Positions 14,101 through 26,977 of a stretch of DNA of 64,000 nt are shown in pieces. The stretch comes from Hyphochytrium catenoides (taxonomy: Eukaryota > Protista > Hyphochytriomycota). How positions within the stretch are numbered: the first letter of the stretch is position 1; each line of letters starts with the position of its first letter. The stretch spans positions 37,967-101,966 of the forward strand of contig FLMG01003874.1 in the NCBI GenBank assembly GCA_900088475.1, written 5' to 3'. The notes beneath the pieces were generated by a model, which was not told the origin of the DNA, did not search any database, and saw nothing but the letters and a program-made list of their open reading frames with translations. The translations under genes were made by a program, and so were the position numbers.

Positions 14101-14241
14101 ATAGCTCTCTCCACGCTGTTGAGTGCCATACTCATTGCAAAGTACTTCTTGCGGGCAAGAGCGAGGTCAGGAAGATCTCAATCTGCGCCTATTCGCCCTA
14201 CGGCGGTTAATGCAGCCTCTAGAAGCACATTGACCACATAA
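11125..14241 (+). CDS. SEL1L/Hrd3-like ERAD component (signal peptide, Sel1 repeats, C-terminal TM helix), multi-exon
   Basis: Signal peptide MTKLFRKALQTLLFALLLIHVLG. Sel1 repeats: LGYWTFYGLHGVKGDC..A, AAAILGEIYYFG..GVRQDLGRAVRYFRRAANQGHPAAQANLG, AKNGLAYMYLDGLGVPKNQTKAVELFKEAAELG, GDAVSQQNAAYML. C-terminal TM DAVIALSTLLSAILIAKYFL. Canonical introns. Confidence 0.8.
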
Positions 14242-14381
14242 TGTGACCGTGTACAATACACGAATGGAGGCGTAGCACAGCTTCGAAGCCGTGCTGCAAT
14301 TTATTTATAGTCCTAACCACTACATTAGGGCTTCTTATAGATAGGAATGACGCTTGGCATTTGCCTTTTTGGCTTGCCGGT

Positions 14382-15133
14382 CTACGTGGTGCTTCTAGGC
14401 ACAATAAATAACGCCGTGGCCTCGGAGAAGAGGAGCCCCGCGCCGTCTTCTACCCGCGATCTCATGAACACTTTCCTGCCTTCAACTTTGTCCACTTCAG
14501 TGGTGATCAGCACAGTGCTGTTGGCTGGAAGCGGCTTGCGATAGTTGACGTTGAGGTTGGCCGTGAAGCCTGGGCCTAGCTTTAAGCTAAAAACGCAAAA
14601 TTGATATGTCAAACGCTACGAAGCACTAGATCGGTAGCTGGACACGCACCAGTACAAAGTCCAGCCAAAAAGCTCATCTACCACCGAGGCAATGCATCCT
14701 CCATGGACTGCGAGAAAGACAGAGAGCGATTTTAAGAAAGTCAGAGAGGGTAGCGGATTGGATTAGACCATGCTACACGGCCAGCAGGCAAAGATGGGGA
14801 GAGAGCTTACTGATTCCCTTGTGACCGCAGAGTTTGCTTCCAAGTCTTAGCACTGCCATTGTACTGCTTGATTCTTCATCATGGAACACCTCAAACTGCT
14901 CGAACCTTCCTTCTTCGTTGATTGAATGAATGAAGTGATGGTCACCTTCTAGCAGGGAGGCATCGGCCGACTCACTGGTAAGCAACAGTTTTTAGACAGG
15001 AGGAAAAGTGTGATTTCTCAAACTTATCAGGCGCCTACCTAACGTTTATGAGTTTGGGATTGCAGCGAAGGTCAGCCAGCCAGGCAGGCTCGACAATTTC
15101 TACCTTCTTGCATTCCGATTCTTTGAGAGGCAT
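14382..15133 (-). CDS. Hotdog-fold acyl-CoA thioesterase (PaaI/THEM4-like), multi-exon
   Basis: Spliced LGSKLCGHKGI-x-HGGCIASVVDE and FTANLNVNYRKPLP..VEGRKVF..LFSEATALFI. Confidence 0.85.
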
Positions 15134-16643
15134 TATCGCCGGACGATGCGCACTTCTTTCCCGGACACTCAACCTTAGCCTCTTGCAGGAGGGGAGCGTT
15201 AGTGCGGTCCTGCTCCTCCGGTAAGCAGCCTTGCGAAGAAAGCGGAAAGCCAGTGTATCTGACTTGCACGAAGTAGTTGGCAGGCTCAAGATCTCACACT
15301 CACCGCCTTAAGTAGTTCGGCGAAGGATTGTCTTTATTAGAGAGATGGCAAAAGGTGAAATGACCCTCTGGTGAACCTGTAGAGGTGCTTAACTAATCAA
15401 CCTTTAGGACTAACAGGTCCAAAGACGATAAGATCGGGGAACCGGCCCTCTTCAACTCGGTTCTCAGAGCTTATAAAGGTTAAGAAAAGCGCTATCCCGC
15501 TTTGTTGATTGAGAAGAGAGAAAGATTGACTGCAGGAAGGGAGAAAGCCAGACACGAACGGTCAATCTTTACTCCAACAGAGAGCAGCGCAGAGAGACTC
15601 ATGACGAGTACAAGGTACCTCACCTCGCTGATCCCAAGCTTCTCCTCCTTTCTGCTCTCCTTTCTCTCCCTCTATCCCTTGTCACGTCATGGGAGTCTGT
15701 CAGGTGATGAGGTTCGGTGCTTGACTTGATGGCGACATCCGCTCCATGACCTCTCAGATTAGACCGATGGAGACGGACAATCGACAGCGCTATGCACAGG
15801 AGCTGACAGCGTAGAGGGAAGGAAGGTGGAACATCAAAGAAGCAGCAGAAGACACAACAGTGTCAGAGATATTGGAGCCCCCATACAGAGCGGGACTATG
15901 GTAGCTATATCCTATGTCAAGGGTATCCGAGAGATGCGAAATCCGGGAGACAGAGCGGGGAATAGACATGACAGAAGGAAGGACGAAGACATCAGAACGC
16001 CATCAGACTGAACATGTTTCGCACCTCAAAATGCTTGTACTTGCACAAACACGCGGGACGAAATGCATGGCTTTATAGGTAGGACGGCGTACAACACGTA
16101 CGCTCAGTTGACAGGAATTATGACTCCTCACCTCCTTCTCCTCTCGTCAGACTCGCAATAAGTTAATGACGAGAAATATCGATAATCAGTGGTTGGTTAC
16201 TACCGAGCTGTCGGTTACAAGCATCCTCAAGTTCGGCAAATGCACTCGGCTTGAGAGGCAGCAAAGGGCTGGCTCCTCCTCCTCCTCCCTGTCCTGTAGG
16301 CTCACCAGCGAAGAGGTACGCTTGGCTGGAGTTCCCTTGACTAAGGAAGGAAGCGGTACACATAGGATGAGTAGATTGATTAGGGAACTGCTCTTTCAAG
16401 CTCTCGGTAATCGGCGCAACAATGGAAGAGGATGTGTAGAACCTTGCGATGTTGTCATTAGTAAGGCAGTCTCTCAACCAGGAGTAAGCAGCACCAAGAG
16501 AGGAAGCATCTAGAGGAGTTTCAAGGCGAAGACTTTGTAGATGGGCCCAAGGCAGCGAGTGACGTGCTGATGATAGAAATATTTCACTTGTAAGCTCGAC
16601 TATTTGCAGCGATCTCTGCTATTGCCTAGGCTGTGAATGACAT

Positions 16644-16681
16644 NNNNNNNNNNNNNNNNNNNNNNNNNNNNNNNNNNNNNN
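16644..16681. other. Assembly gap
   Basis: Run of N. Confidence 0.99.
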
Positions 16682-16747
16682 GTATAGAAGAGTCCTGGCT
16701 TATTGGATGCGGCACCAATAGGTGAAGATCCCCCGTTCTGCTTAAGG

Positions 16748-19061
16748 ATGGGTTCTGGCGTGTCTCTCTTTCGACATGGCAAAGTCACGCCAAGCCCAAC
16801 ACAGAGGGAGCGAAGGGTAAGGAGACAATCTGTCCAATCTCTAGGTGGCCTGCATCCAGATGGAGGGCGACGGTCGATGTCTGTTAACAAGCGGGCAGCT
16901 CAAAGAAGATCTTCAACGACCTGGAAGGCCCCTCCTAACATCACGAAAATAAGGAGGGAGAGTAATGCCTTCCAGTCAGATCCTCTGTTGCTGGAGCTTC
17001 GGCTCTGTCTAGATGATCCCATGGGCCAGAAGCATCTTGGAAACTTTGCGAAGAAGATAGGGAAGGGTTCGACGGAAGCCCTATTCTGCTGGGTGGACAT
17101 TCAGGAGTACAGATCTATCCCAAAGAGTGACTATCGCCGGCATTTTGCTGTCTATATCTTCGAAAAGTATGTGAAGGATAATGCCAAGATGAAGGTCCAG
17201 AGTGTTACACCGGAGCTGATCAAGGAAGTGAAGGTTAGTGAAGACAAAATTGGTAGTTTATGCAAGCTGCATCTAAGAACACGTATTTCTCTGTCGCGCA
17301 ACTATATACAGGATAAAATAGAAGCGGCTAAAGAAGATCCCAAGAGCTTAGAGGACTCACTTTTCGAGAATGTACAACTCAACTGTCTCACTGAGATCAA
17401 AAGGACCACTTATATGGAGTTCAAGGCGTCGGAAGACTATGACAAGTATCAGAAAGAGATGAAAGATACTTATAACAAGGTGGTTGTTGATGACTTCGAG
17501 TACATGGATATCCTTGGCTTGGGCGGCTACGCCCGTGTCTTCCATGTCAGAAAGATCAGCACTGGTAGACACTACGGTAAGAGATTCCTCGATTGAGAGT
17601 TGCTCATTCTGCTCATGACTCTGATATCAAATGTTTTAGCCATGAAAGTTCAGCTCAAGAGCAAGATAGTTGAGGAGAACATCAACTATCCAGAGAACAT
17701 GGTCTCAGAAAGAAAGCTGCTTGCCATGTGCCACCACCCTTATCTCATAGATCTCTTTTACGCGTTCCAAACGGACAAATATATCATCATGGTCTTAGAA
17801 CTCATGCAAGCTGGAGATTTGGCCGGTGAGGTCAGCCAAGAGGTAGAACGGACTCTCTATGGACTCAGCGAAGAGAGGACTCAGCTTTACATAGCGGAGA
17901 TAGCAATGGTACTGAGCCACCTCCACAATATGGGCATTATTTACCGGGATTTGAAGCCCTGCAACGTTCTTCTAGGCGGGGATGGCCACATAAAGCTAGC
18001 TGATATGGGTTTTGCGAAGCGGACCACAGCCATTAGTGAAGAGATATATGACCCTTGGTCATACCCTAATATCCCCTCCTCTTCCAAAAAGCTTTTGGTG
18101 ATGGAAACGAAACCTCGGAGCTCGATTGCCTCATTAGTGCCACAAATGCCATCAGACGGCAGCGGACCAACTCTTGAAGGGCCATCGCAACCAAGGGATT
18201 CTATAACAGGAGAAAATGCTAACGAAGGCGCTAACAACTTAGGTGCTACCGGTCAGGTCTCTCCTGGCACTTCTACCACTCCGACAACACCCAAACCCTT
18301 AGTACGTGCCAAAAGCACCGTAGGGACCCGCGGCTACCTGGCGCCGGAGATTATCAAAGGGCGTCTGCACTCTCGCTCAAAAAGAAAGCCCTATACTGAG
18401 GCCGTAGATTTCTGGGCACTCGGAGTTTCTTGCTACGAGCTGCTCACTGGAACAATGCCCTTTCATAACCTGGAAATCAGTCAGGTCTTCGATGCTCAGG
18501 ATGGCAAGGGCAAGAATAACCTGAAAGATGCAGTAAATCATGCTATAAAACAAATGAGCCAAGAGATCCAGTTTCCGGCGAATATCTCTCCCACTGCGCA
18601 GGATTTTATACGATGTCTCCTCCACGTTGATCCGGAGAAGAGGTTGGGCTTTGATGGTATCAGGAAGCACCCCTTTATGGCAAACTTAGACTGGGACAAG
18701 CTGGCGATGCGCCATGTGGTAGCCACGACAAAGCCTAGAGTGAAGAACCTTCCAGAGAAGCCAAAATACAGCTCCTTCCAGGCTGCAATGTCTGCCTTTG
18801 ACTCCATTGATAAAAAAATTGGTAAGGCTTTCTGTGTGTAAGAGTATATAAGAACTGAGAACTATCACTTAGCTGACTTCTCATCCTATATTAGACTGGA
18901 ACGCTGAATTCAACCCTGAACATCAGCACTACTTCCTGGAGTGGGACTTTGTTTCGCCGCAAACCCTAAAGATTGAGCTTGGCATAGCGGTACAGCTGGA
19001 CGCTTCGAATGTGCCATACAAGATCTGTCAGTTAACAGGGGAGACTCCTATCGATGACTAG
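16748..19061 (+). CDS. GRK-like AGC Ser/Thr kinase with N-terminal RGS-homology domain; introns 17234-17311, 17577-17639, 18822-18894
   Basis: RGS: CLDDPMGQKHLGNFAKK..EALFCWVDIQEYR..YIFEKYV..LFENVQ..YMEFKASEDY. Kinase: LGLGGYARV, YAMK, YRDLKPCNVLL, DMG, GTRGYLAPE, DFWALG, KHPFMANLDW. AGC tail with HYFLEWDFVS. Start MGSGVS. Confidence 0.88.
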
Positions 19062-19708
19062 AGCTTCCAGGAAATGAACTACTAGACGCAGGTCAGGGCA
19101 AGGTTGATTTGTAAAGTAGCCCCACCTATTCACTCCACCATCCCGGAGAGTGAGATCTTCAGACTAATGCCTAGCGGGCCCAAACCGTTGGCACCAATAG
19201 TAAACGTTCTTGCCAATATGCTTTCAAGGATCATGTAGAGAGCAGTTACAGACTTAGCATAGCTTTAGCTCTAACGCGTTCTAGGTATTCTTGTACGGCA
19301 GGATCCGCCTTGCTATCACTTAAGTGCGCAAACAATGTACATGCATTGGTAGATTAGGTAGTGGGATAGGTCTATACACAGGATCTGGGTGCATGCGACG
19401 GCTAGTTCGCGTGCAATAGATAACAAAGAAAAGCCGATCTCTCGGAGAGATAGGGATTGTGCAATTCACCTGAATCTAGGCGCGATTTTATGGTGCTCAG
19501 GATGCAAGCGTAAACAAAAGACTTGGACCATGCTGTACTTCACAACCGCGGTTGTGCCGTGCTTGAACCAAAATTGCCAAGGGACGGTGGCACAGGAGGC
19601 TGTTCGTATAGGAATCTTGCTTCCCGCTTCCTGGAGTTAAGATTGAGGCTTAGCTGATGGGACACTGGGTCCTCCGGCTGAGTCAGGCGAGAAGGCCATG
19701 ACTGGAGT

Positions 19709-20038
19709 CTATGTAGTAGATGAGGTAGACTCCCGTTTCCTTTCTTGGTAAGCCTGAGCAATGACCTGGAGCCGCTTTCCCAGAGTGGAAATGTCAGCAT
19801 ATTCCTCTAAACTTCTCGAACATTTGTAGAGCAAAAGCTCTAACTTCTGTGCATTCCTGGGGATAGTGAGCAATGATCTGGCGTTGAGTTTGGGATGGCA
19901 CTGCCTCATAATCCTGACAATGTGCCCAAGCACTCGTCGCCTTATCAACTGTACTGGCCCAAGTTGAGTTCGTCGAATTGCCGTATGAGGAGCCTGTCTG
20001 AGCGTAAAGGGCTTGTTGAACTTGGTGGGGCAACACAT
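19709..20038 (-). CDS. Small stand-alone KIX-like (Med15/CBP-type) domain protein, about 109 aa
   Basis: IRRRVLGHIVRIMRQ..IPRNAQKLELLLYKCSRSLEEYADISTLGKRLQ fits the KIX_2-type three-helix pattern. First in-frame ATG is at 20038. Confidence 0.6.
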   Translation of the reverse strand: MCCPTKFNKPFTLRQAPHTAIRRTQLGPVQLIRRRVLGHIVRIMRQCHPKLNARSLLTIPRNAQKLELLLYKCSRSLEEYADISTLGKRLQVIAQAYQERKRESTSSTT

Positions 20039-22984
20039 GTTACTTCTTGTTGTTCTTTTGCTTCTCTCGGCCGCTACCAAAGACTCCGTCGGCTGGTTCG
20101 GCGCCGCGTTGGTCACCGCTATTGCTATTATGGCAAATTAAAGAGTGGAGTCGATAAACGTGCGTTGGGAGGGGGAGGAGAGATGGCTCATGGGACCTCC
20201 ACCTCTGTCTCTATATTGATCGTCCTCATAGCTGTCTCTTCCATCAACTTAGTGACAGTGTCGCCCGATGTAACTATCCTAGGAGGAGTCTGGTGTAACA
20301 GGCCACTGTTGTGATAAGCATGTTTGAGGATCTTTTGACCAGTTTGACAGAATAACATCTTTGCAACGCCAGCGGTCGGTTCTTCCGTCCCATCACCCTC
20401 CTCTCCCCTCTTTCTCCTTTCTCCTCTCTATGTCTCCTTTTCACTCTTTGCCCGCTTCCTCCCGGCCCCTTCCCGCTTAGATTTGCCAGCCTTATAGGTT
20501 GCTTCTGCACAGCTCACCAGCGGTTGTCATCGTGAGGTTAGAGGTTACTGTGAGAGAGACAGGATTGAGAGACTGGAAAGCAAGCTCTTCGCCTTCTTCC
20601 CGGAAGAAGGTCTGGAGCAGGGAGGTACAGGTACCATTGGAGGCTAGAGCAAGAGTCCTCTCGTCAGGTCTCATCACAGTCCAGCCGATCCTTGATCTCT
20701 GTGCCTTCAGAACATCAATCAACGGTGAAACACCTCACAGAACTGAAACTGGAAGTTTAACGCCAACTGGTGCGTGGGGGCACCGCCGCCACCTGGGGGT
20801 GGGCTGATTGATCCATAACATACTAACAGTTTCTACAGATCCGTATAGACATTGGAAGAGTTCGAACCGTACCCTTTCGCGCCAACCAAAACTCCGCTGA
20901 TTGGCGTTTTCGAGAGGCGGCCAAAGCAGCTCTCTGGCATTCCATTTGATAGTAACTGAGGCGGAGTATCTAGGGGGAGCGCGGCCTTGTGTGACCGAGG
21001 CCACTCACTTTGACTGCTCGACGCTATTCAACTGCCCGTCCCTTCCGCTTCGCCTGTGAGGGCGACGTCCTTTGATACAATGCTTCCCCCTTGTTTGTCT
21101 GCTTCCCTTCTCTCCGATGTCATTTATTTAGAACCAACCTAAACGATTTAGAACTAGCAAAGAGCCTCTAGGATGTGGGCTGTCGAACCTACAACCTTTC
21201 TGTTCTAAACTATGACGCGGACAATAGTAAACAAGGAGTTTTTGCCCCTCTTTCTTTATTTAGACCGGCGTCTCTAATCGCGTATTGAGGCCTTTTGTTC
21301 ATAGAATGTTGGTGTTATCAGACATTCCTGTCGTTGGCCTTGCATTAAACCGCAAGAAAAAGAGGACAAGCGGCTCCTCAAGCTGTCCGTGAGTTGCGAT
21401 GGTTGTTCCGCTCTAACAAGGCAGGTAATAAGGTGTAAACCCCAACGGAACCCTGTGGCCTCTCCACTCTCCACAGCCAGAGACCATCCGTGAAGCTAAG
21501 GTAGCTTGCTTTGGATGACTCACAACTTGGAAGTACACCAAAGGATCAGTTGTGAGGTTCTGAGTGTGATCAGCATACTATCGGGGACACCAGCTCCGCT
21601 GCTGCTACAGTATCATGCATACGCAGGACTTTCAGATTCCGTTGAGCGGCATAGAGGCAGCACCTGGCCAGTTGCCTCTACAGACTGCTGGAACATCAGG
21701 GTTATGCTTGCCTTGACAAAAGGTCGGAAGCTGAGAGTGATATTGAGAAGAACAGCTTTGCCAACGTGACAGAAGAGCAACAACGTATAGCTTCTTCTTT
21801 CTGAGTGATGAGCTTGGTTATTCTCCTTGTCTCGAAATGTATCCTGTACCCCTTTGCGTTGTTGTTGAGAGTGGCCTAGTGTCGGTCTTCTAGAAAACAG
21901 GCCGAGACTACGCTATGGATAGGGCGCTTGTTGCCAAGTTCGCTCGCATTTCTGACTGTTGGGCTACCCTTTCCTACTTTTGGGTCCTCTAGGCCAGGGA
22001 GGTTTTCTGAGGCCGTTTGCATTTATAGTTGCGGTCCATAGTTAGGCGTTCACTCCTTCTAAGCGGGGGCTAGGAATAGTCGAGGGTGGCTAGTCTATCG
22101 TTTCGACGCTCTAACAGTACGAGGAGAGTGAGCTGAGTGAGGCAGGGCCCATAAGGTAATGGTTTCACAGCATCTTGACAAAGCAGTGTAGTCAATGGCG
22201 AAAGTCATCAAGTCTCCAGGCAGCATAACCCTCTTTGCATTGGGAAGAGGAAACCTTATCAATAATGTAGTAGGCATAACGGAAGTCTAGTCGGACAAGG
22301 GTGGTCATGGAGGCGACCCCAAGGAGACAATCATGGGGGCATGTGTTGGGCAAATACTCACTTTGTATGGTAGTACACGACCTGCTCAATGCAACCCACA
22401 ATCCTTTCTATGTGGTCTGAGCATTGGACAGACTATCTCTATTATTGAAAGCTTCAGGGTCACATTCCCAGTCCACTATGTGAAGCCATGACCTGCGCCT
22501 AAGTGTCGCCGATACGTTTGGCCTCTCACGCCATACGCCTGCTGTCCGACGGCTTGGTTACTCTTAAGTTCTCCCACTTTCACAGATAGAGACTTCAAGG
22601 CAACAATCTATCATGGGGACCTGAATCGAGATGTGCACCGGAAGTCCTTCTGTTGGTAGATGTCGATAGGCAAAAATGAACGCCAATATTGTCCTTCTTG
22701 CCGTTGTACGCCCATTGTCATCTATCCAGCGTTCAAAACACAGCACTAAGCTAACCATAAGGCTTACGGTTCAGCTGGGCTCTCTCATAGAGGAATTATG
22801 TAAGTTGAGAGGAGTCTGAATGAATGAGCCAGGAGCTTAGACGTGTCACCCTTCATCCAGTCATAGTGATCAACCTCAGAAGGCGAAGCTGCGTGGCGAG
22901 AATGGGCACTGTCATATCCTTCAGTATCGAACGACGTTACCATAATAAACATTTCATTGAGGCTCGATCCTAAGTTCTAACAGC

Positions 22985-23648
22985 TCATCCCTTTGATTGC
23001 TTCATCAGCCACTGGATGACCTGGGTTTGGACAAGGCCTGTTAGGGAGTGTTCTTAAGGTAAAGGAGCTGCAAATAACTCTTACCTGATCGATGTTCACC
23101 ACTCGTAAAGCTGAGATGGGGATAACCAACCAGGGATTATCAACAACGTAGTCCAGATTGAGCTCCCGAATGAGCTCTGGTTCAGACACATGAGGCTCTA
23201 AGTCTATTTTGTTAGCCAACACCAGCAATGGTGTCGTGGCTAGCGCTCGATCTTCAAGCAGCCTGTGTAGCTCCTTTCTAGCCAACGGCAACTGATCATG
23301 AGCATTGGCATCCACGACGAACATAATGACGTCGCATCCTCTGGCATATCGGCCCCATTCTGTCCGGTATTGCGCTTGGCCTCCAATATCCCAACACTTC
23401 ATCTGCACTTTCCCTGCGTAAAATTAAGCTCTGTAAGGAGTTCCTTGGCGCGGACTATGCTTTGACACATGGGTACCTTTCTTAACAAGTTTGACATTGA
23501 GTCCAATTGTGGGGCACGTTTCCACCGGATGACCCATGGCCATAACGTTCAGTAGGGTGGTTTTCCCGCTATTCTCCAGACCAACAATAACCACTTCGAG
23601 CTTCTTTGTATAAAAAGTAGTGAGGAGCTTCTGCAACACCGCACCCAT
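22985..23648 (-). CDS. Arf-like small GTPase of the Arl8/Arl18 group; introns 23476-23414 and 23084-23021
   Basis: MGAVLQKLL.., GLENSGKTT, PTIGLN, WDIGGQ, ANKID, ISA. Splicing gives a clean ORF ending ..IDQVIQWLMKQSKG*. Confidence 0.92.
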
Positions 23649-25057
23649 CTTCGTATTGAGGCTGCGCGGCAGATAACCAAGACTAAAACCTGTGGATGTT
23701 GCCGACCAAGATGGGGTTAGATATAGGTTTGTCCAGACTCTTCTCAAGCTAGCTACCTACGGGAAAGCGATCTTGGGCAGATGCTACAGCAAGCAACTGA
23801 GAAACAAGCAACCAATCCCCCTCCAAAGTGCAGACAATGTCTTTGAGTACCTTCCAAGTCAGTCACGAAGGGAAGATATCGATAAAGTGGTAGACGTCAG
23901 TCCGTCCTCGTGCCGATAAGGTGCCGCTCGACAGTTATTGCGTGTTTCTCCGATAAACAACTTTCGAGGGAGCTCATTTCGGGAGTGCTCGGAAATTTTT
24001 GTTCATAGCATGAAAGAAGGGAAATGTCGCCAACTGGTCTCCTCTGTTTCTGTACTCTGGCGCGGGACATCGCCTCTTTCTTTCCCTTGGTCCTCTGTCG
24101 AAAATCCGAGCAAAGTTCTTAGCCAAACCATTTCACGCCGAAACCGGACTTGCTTGGTATATGAAAGACCTTGCGAGCCCACAAACCTTGATTAAAAACT
24201 CCGGAATGACTTGTAGCACAATATGAGACTGATGCTACTCAATCAAGGATCGGGCGGCGTCAATCGAGAATAATAGCTCAAACCCAACGAGATGACAAAT
24301 GGCTCTGGAAGTCAAGGAGGGGAATAGGTACGGGGGACCAGCCAAGTTCATCCTGCTGAAAGTAGTGCAGGCACCAAACAAGACCGTTCCTTTCCCGGCA
24401 AATATTTAGGTTGGGTTTGGCAGACCCCGAAGGATCCACCATTCCCGGCTCTCCTGTCAGGGAAGAGCGTTAGTTTCCTTACTCATTAGTTTGAGGCCAA
24501 TCTGACAGTGAGGCATGGTACCCTCAATATAACTAAGGCACAGATCCCACAAGTTTGCCTTATTCTCCAAGAACGGTACAGTGTGCAGCAGTGTCTGCTT
24601 CAGGAACAACGGCCAAAATAGCTCTATATATTCAGTATAGCGATATACCGGTAACCCCTAACATACTACTGTAGTATGAATAGGACAATCTTTGAATGGC
24701 AACAACTACAAATGGTTTGCAGCTCATCGAACGACAAGTGAAAGTTGAGATCTCCCAAGATCCACCTGATGACAGCAGTCTCACACAAGAACCAAGACCA
24801 CAAACAACATCATAGCGTGAACTCGACAAAGAAGAAAGCTTGCTGATGTCCAGATGAGCTCTCCTGCGGCCCTAGCCCACACAAAGGAGACGACGCGCCA
24901 GGGCTTAGTAGAAGTAGTCATAGGAGCTGTCACAGGGACAACAAAATATATCGCGGCAATTGGGGCACAATCTAGGGACTGCTAATACCTTGTGCTAAGG
25001 ATGGCTTCTTATACCTCTGGATTCTATCTGCTCTAGCAGCAATTAGAGTTCCTGGCA

Positions 25058-26977
25058 ATGGAGAGCGCAATAAGGGCCTTGCCCCTTATTTGCCTGGCTT
25101 CTGGCGTTACTTGGGCAATCAAGTACCGGAAAGAGAACCGCGGTAGACATTTTGAGCTTGTATCAGGTGAAAATTGGGTGCCATTGAATGCTTATCGCCA
25201 GATACCTCATTGGATTGTGCTTGTATTAGATGCCTCTGAGGGCCGAGTAGTCTATTTCAACAATCCGGACGCTGTGCTTGATATTGAAGTCAGCTATAAG
25301 GCCCCTTTTGAAGAGCTTGCAGTGCAACTCAAGTTGGTTGCAAAGAGGATCTGTAGTAATTGGTAGGTGCTACTGGTGTTTGGTCAATGCGCGCCTTCCA
25401 AGCGCACTGAAGCGTAGCCGCGTACAGGTCCAACATTCCAGATGGGACCATCAAGGTCAAGCAGATCAGTGGAGGAATCACAAATATGCTATACAAGCTG
25501 CACACAGAAGATGAGGTAAGTCCCCCTTTCCTGAGTCCTATAGCGCTTTACCTTACCCTTGCTTTCTCTGACCTTTAAGGCGGTTCTGGTGAGATTATAT
25601 GGTGATAACACAGACGTGGTCATTGACAGAAATAAAGATAACCGTAAGCCTCTTATGCCCTGATGATAGTGAATAAGTATTGGACAGAGGGACTTATTCG
25701 GCGTGCACAGGGAATTTTGCCTTCCTTTCGCTTAAGGGTTATGCCCCCTGCTATTACGGTCAATTCCGCAATGGTCGGATTGAAGGATGGTTTGAAGCAA
25801 GACCGTTAGAGCCACATGAATTGGGCCAGGTACGTAATGTTGCCGCAACCCTCAGCTGTCCTCTCCGCTTGGCCAAACTAAAATTATGGCTTGTACTAGA
25901 CGTCACCAATCAATTTCTCCCGTATGATAGCCCGGGAACTAGCTCGACTGCATCTCCTGGCGCCCGAGGGTAACCGCACTCCTGTACTATTTCCCGTAAG
26001 TGTTCTTCTCCTTGCAACCATTCAATTGACCACCTTGTCGGCGTAACGGACCACTTCTAGTCCATAGACGGCTACCTTCACCTCGTGCGGAAGATAGTGC
26101 TTGAAGATCCCACCAAGCAAGCGGTTGAACTGAACGTTAGCCAGATCTCTTCCGAGTTGATGTGGCTGAAGTCCAAGCTGCCGTCAGATTTAAATTCCCA
26201 GGGGAATGAGCTCATGGCCCAAGAGTTAGACGATTTGACCCAGCAGGCTACCCTCTATGCTCATGAGGTTACCTTCTGTCACAATGACTTGTTATCGTAA
26301 GTGACCCCCGTCTCAGCCACATGGATGACAATCTCCCTTTACTCATGCTATGGATATTGCAACAGTGGGAACATAATGCATGGAGATGGGTGGGATCGCG
26401 TACAGGTCATTGATTATGAATATGGTACGTCCAACGAGAGCACTGTAGTGAATGACGACCCTCATGAAACGTTTGTAAACAGGCGGGTACAATCATCGGG
26501 CCTATGACATAGCCAACCACTTCATTGAGCATACAGGCTTCAACCTCGACCTAGAGAACGCTTTTCCATCTGAAGCACAACAGGTATTTGCTGGTAGATC
26601 GCCACGCATTGTATGGGACCCCACTAAGTTTCCTTCGTAGGTTTACTTCCTCAAAGAGTACTTGCAGGTGGCATCACCGGAACTCCTCCACTCCCTTCAG
26701 GAGAAGAGACTCTTGAACCAATTTTGCAAAAAGTTATATAGAGTGGTGTGTGAGTTCACCTTGGCTTCGCATCTCTTTTGGGGTCTATGGGCAATTGTCC
26801 AGGTGAGAGTTAGAAAGCCTTTGAGCAAGCAATCTGGCCTTTCAGCTTTGCTGACTGTTTGCTTTGTTATAGGCCCGATATTCACCAATTGACTTTGACT
26901 TTGCAGCGTATGCCAGACTTAGAATTGGTGGGTATTTCTTCCATAAGGATCAGTTCTTTACACAAGACAACTGCTAA
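25058..26977 (+). CDS. Choline/ethanolamine kinase (ethanolamine kinase-like), about 10 exons
   Basis: Spliced motifs ISGGITNMLYK, VLVRLYGDNTDVVIDR, YYGQFRNGRIEG, Brenner motif FCHNDLLSGNIM, IDYEYGGYNHRAYDIANHF, LASHLFWGLWAIVQA, IDFDFAAYA. Confidence 0.92.

Noticed and set aside
16163-16513. Overlapping 104-aa and 115-aa ORFs upstream of the kinase
   Set aside because: No recognisable motif or splice support; adjacent to a gap
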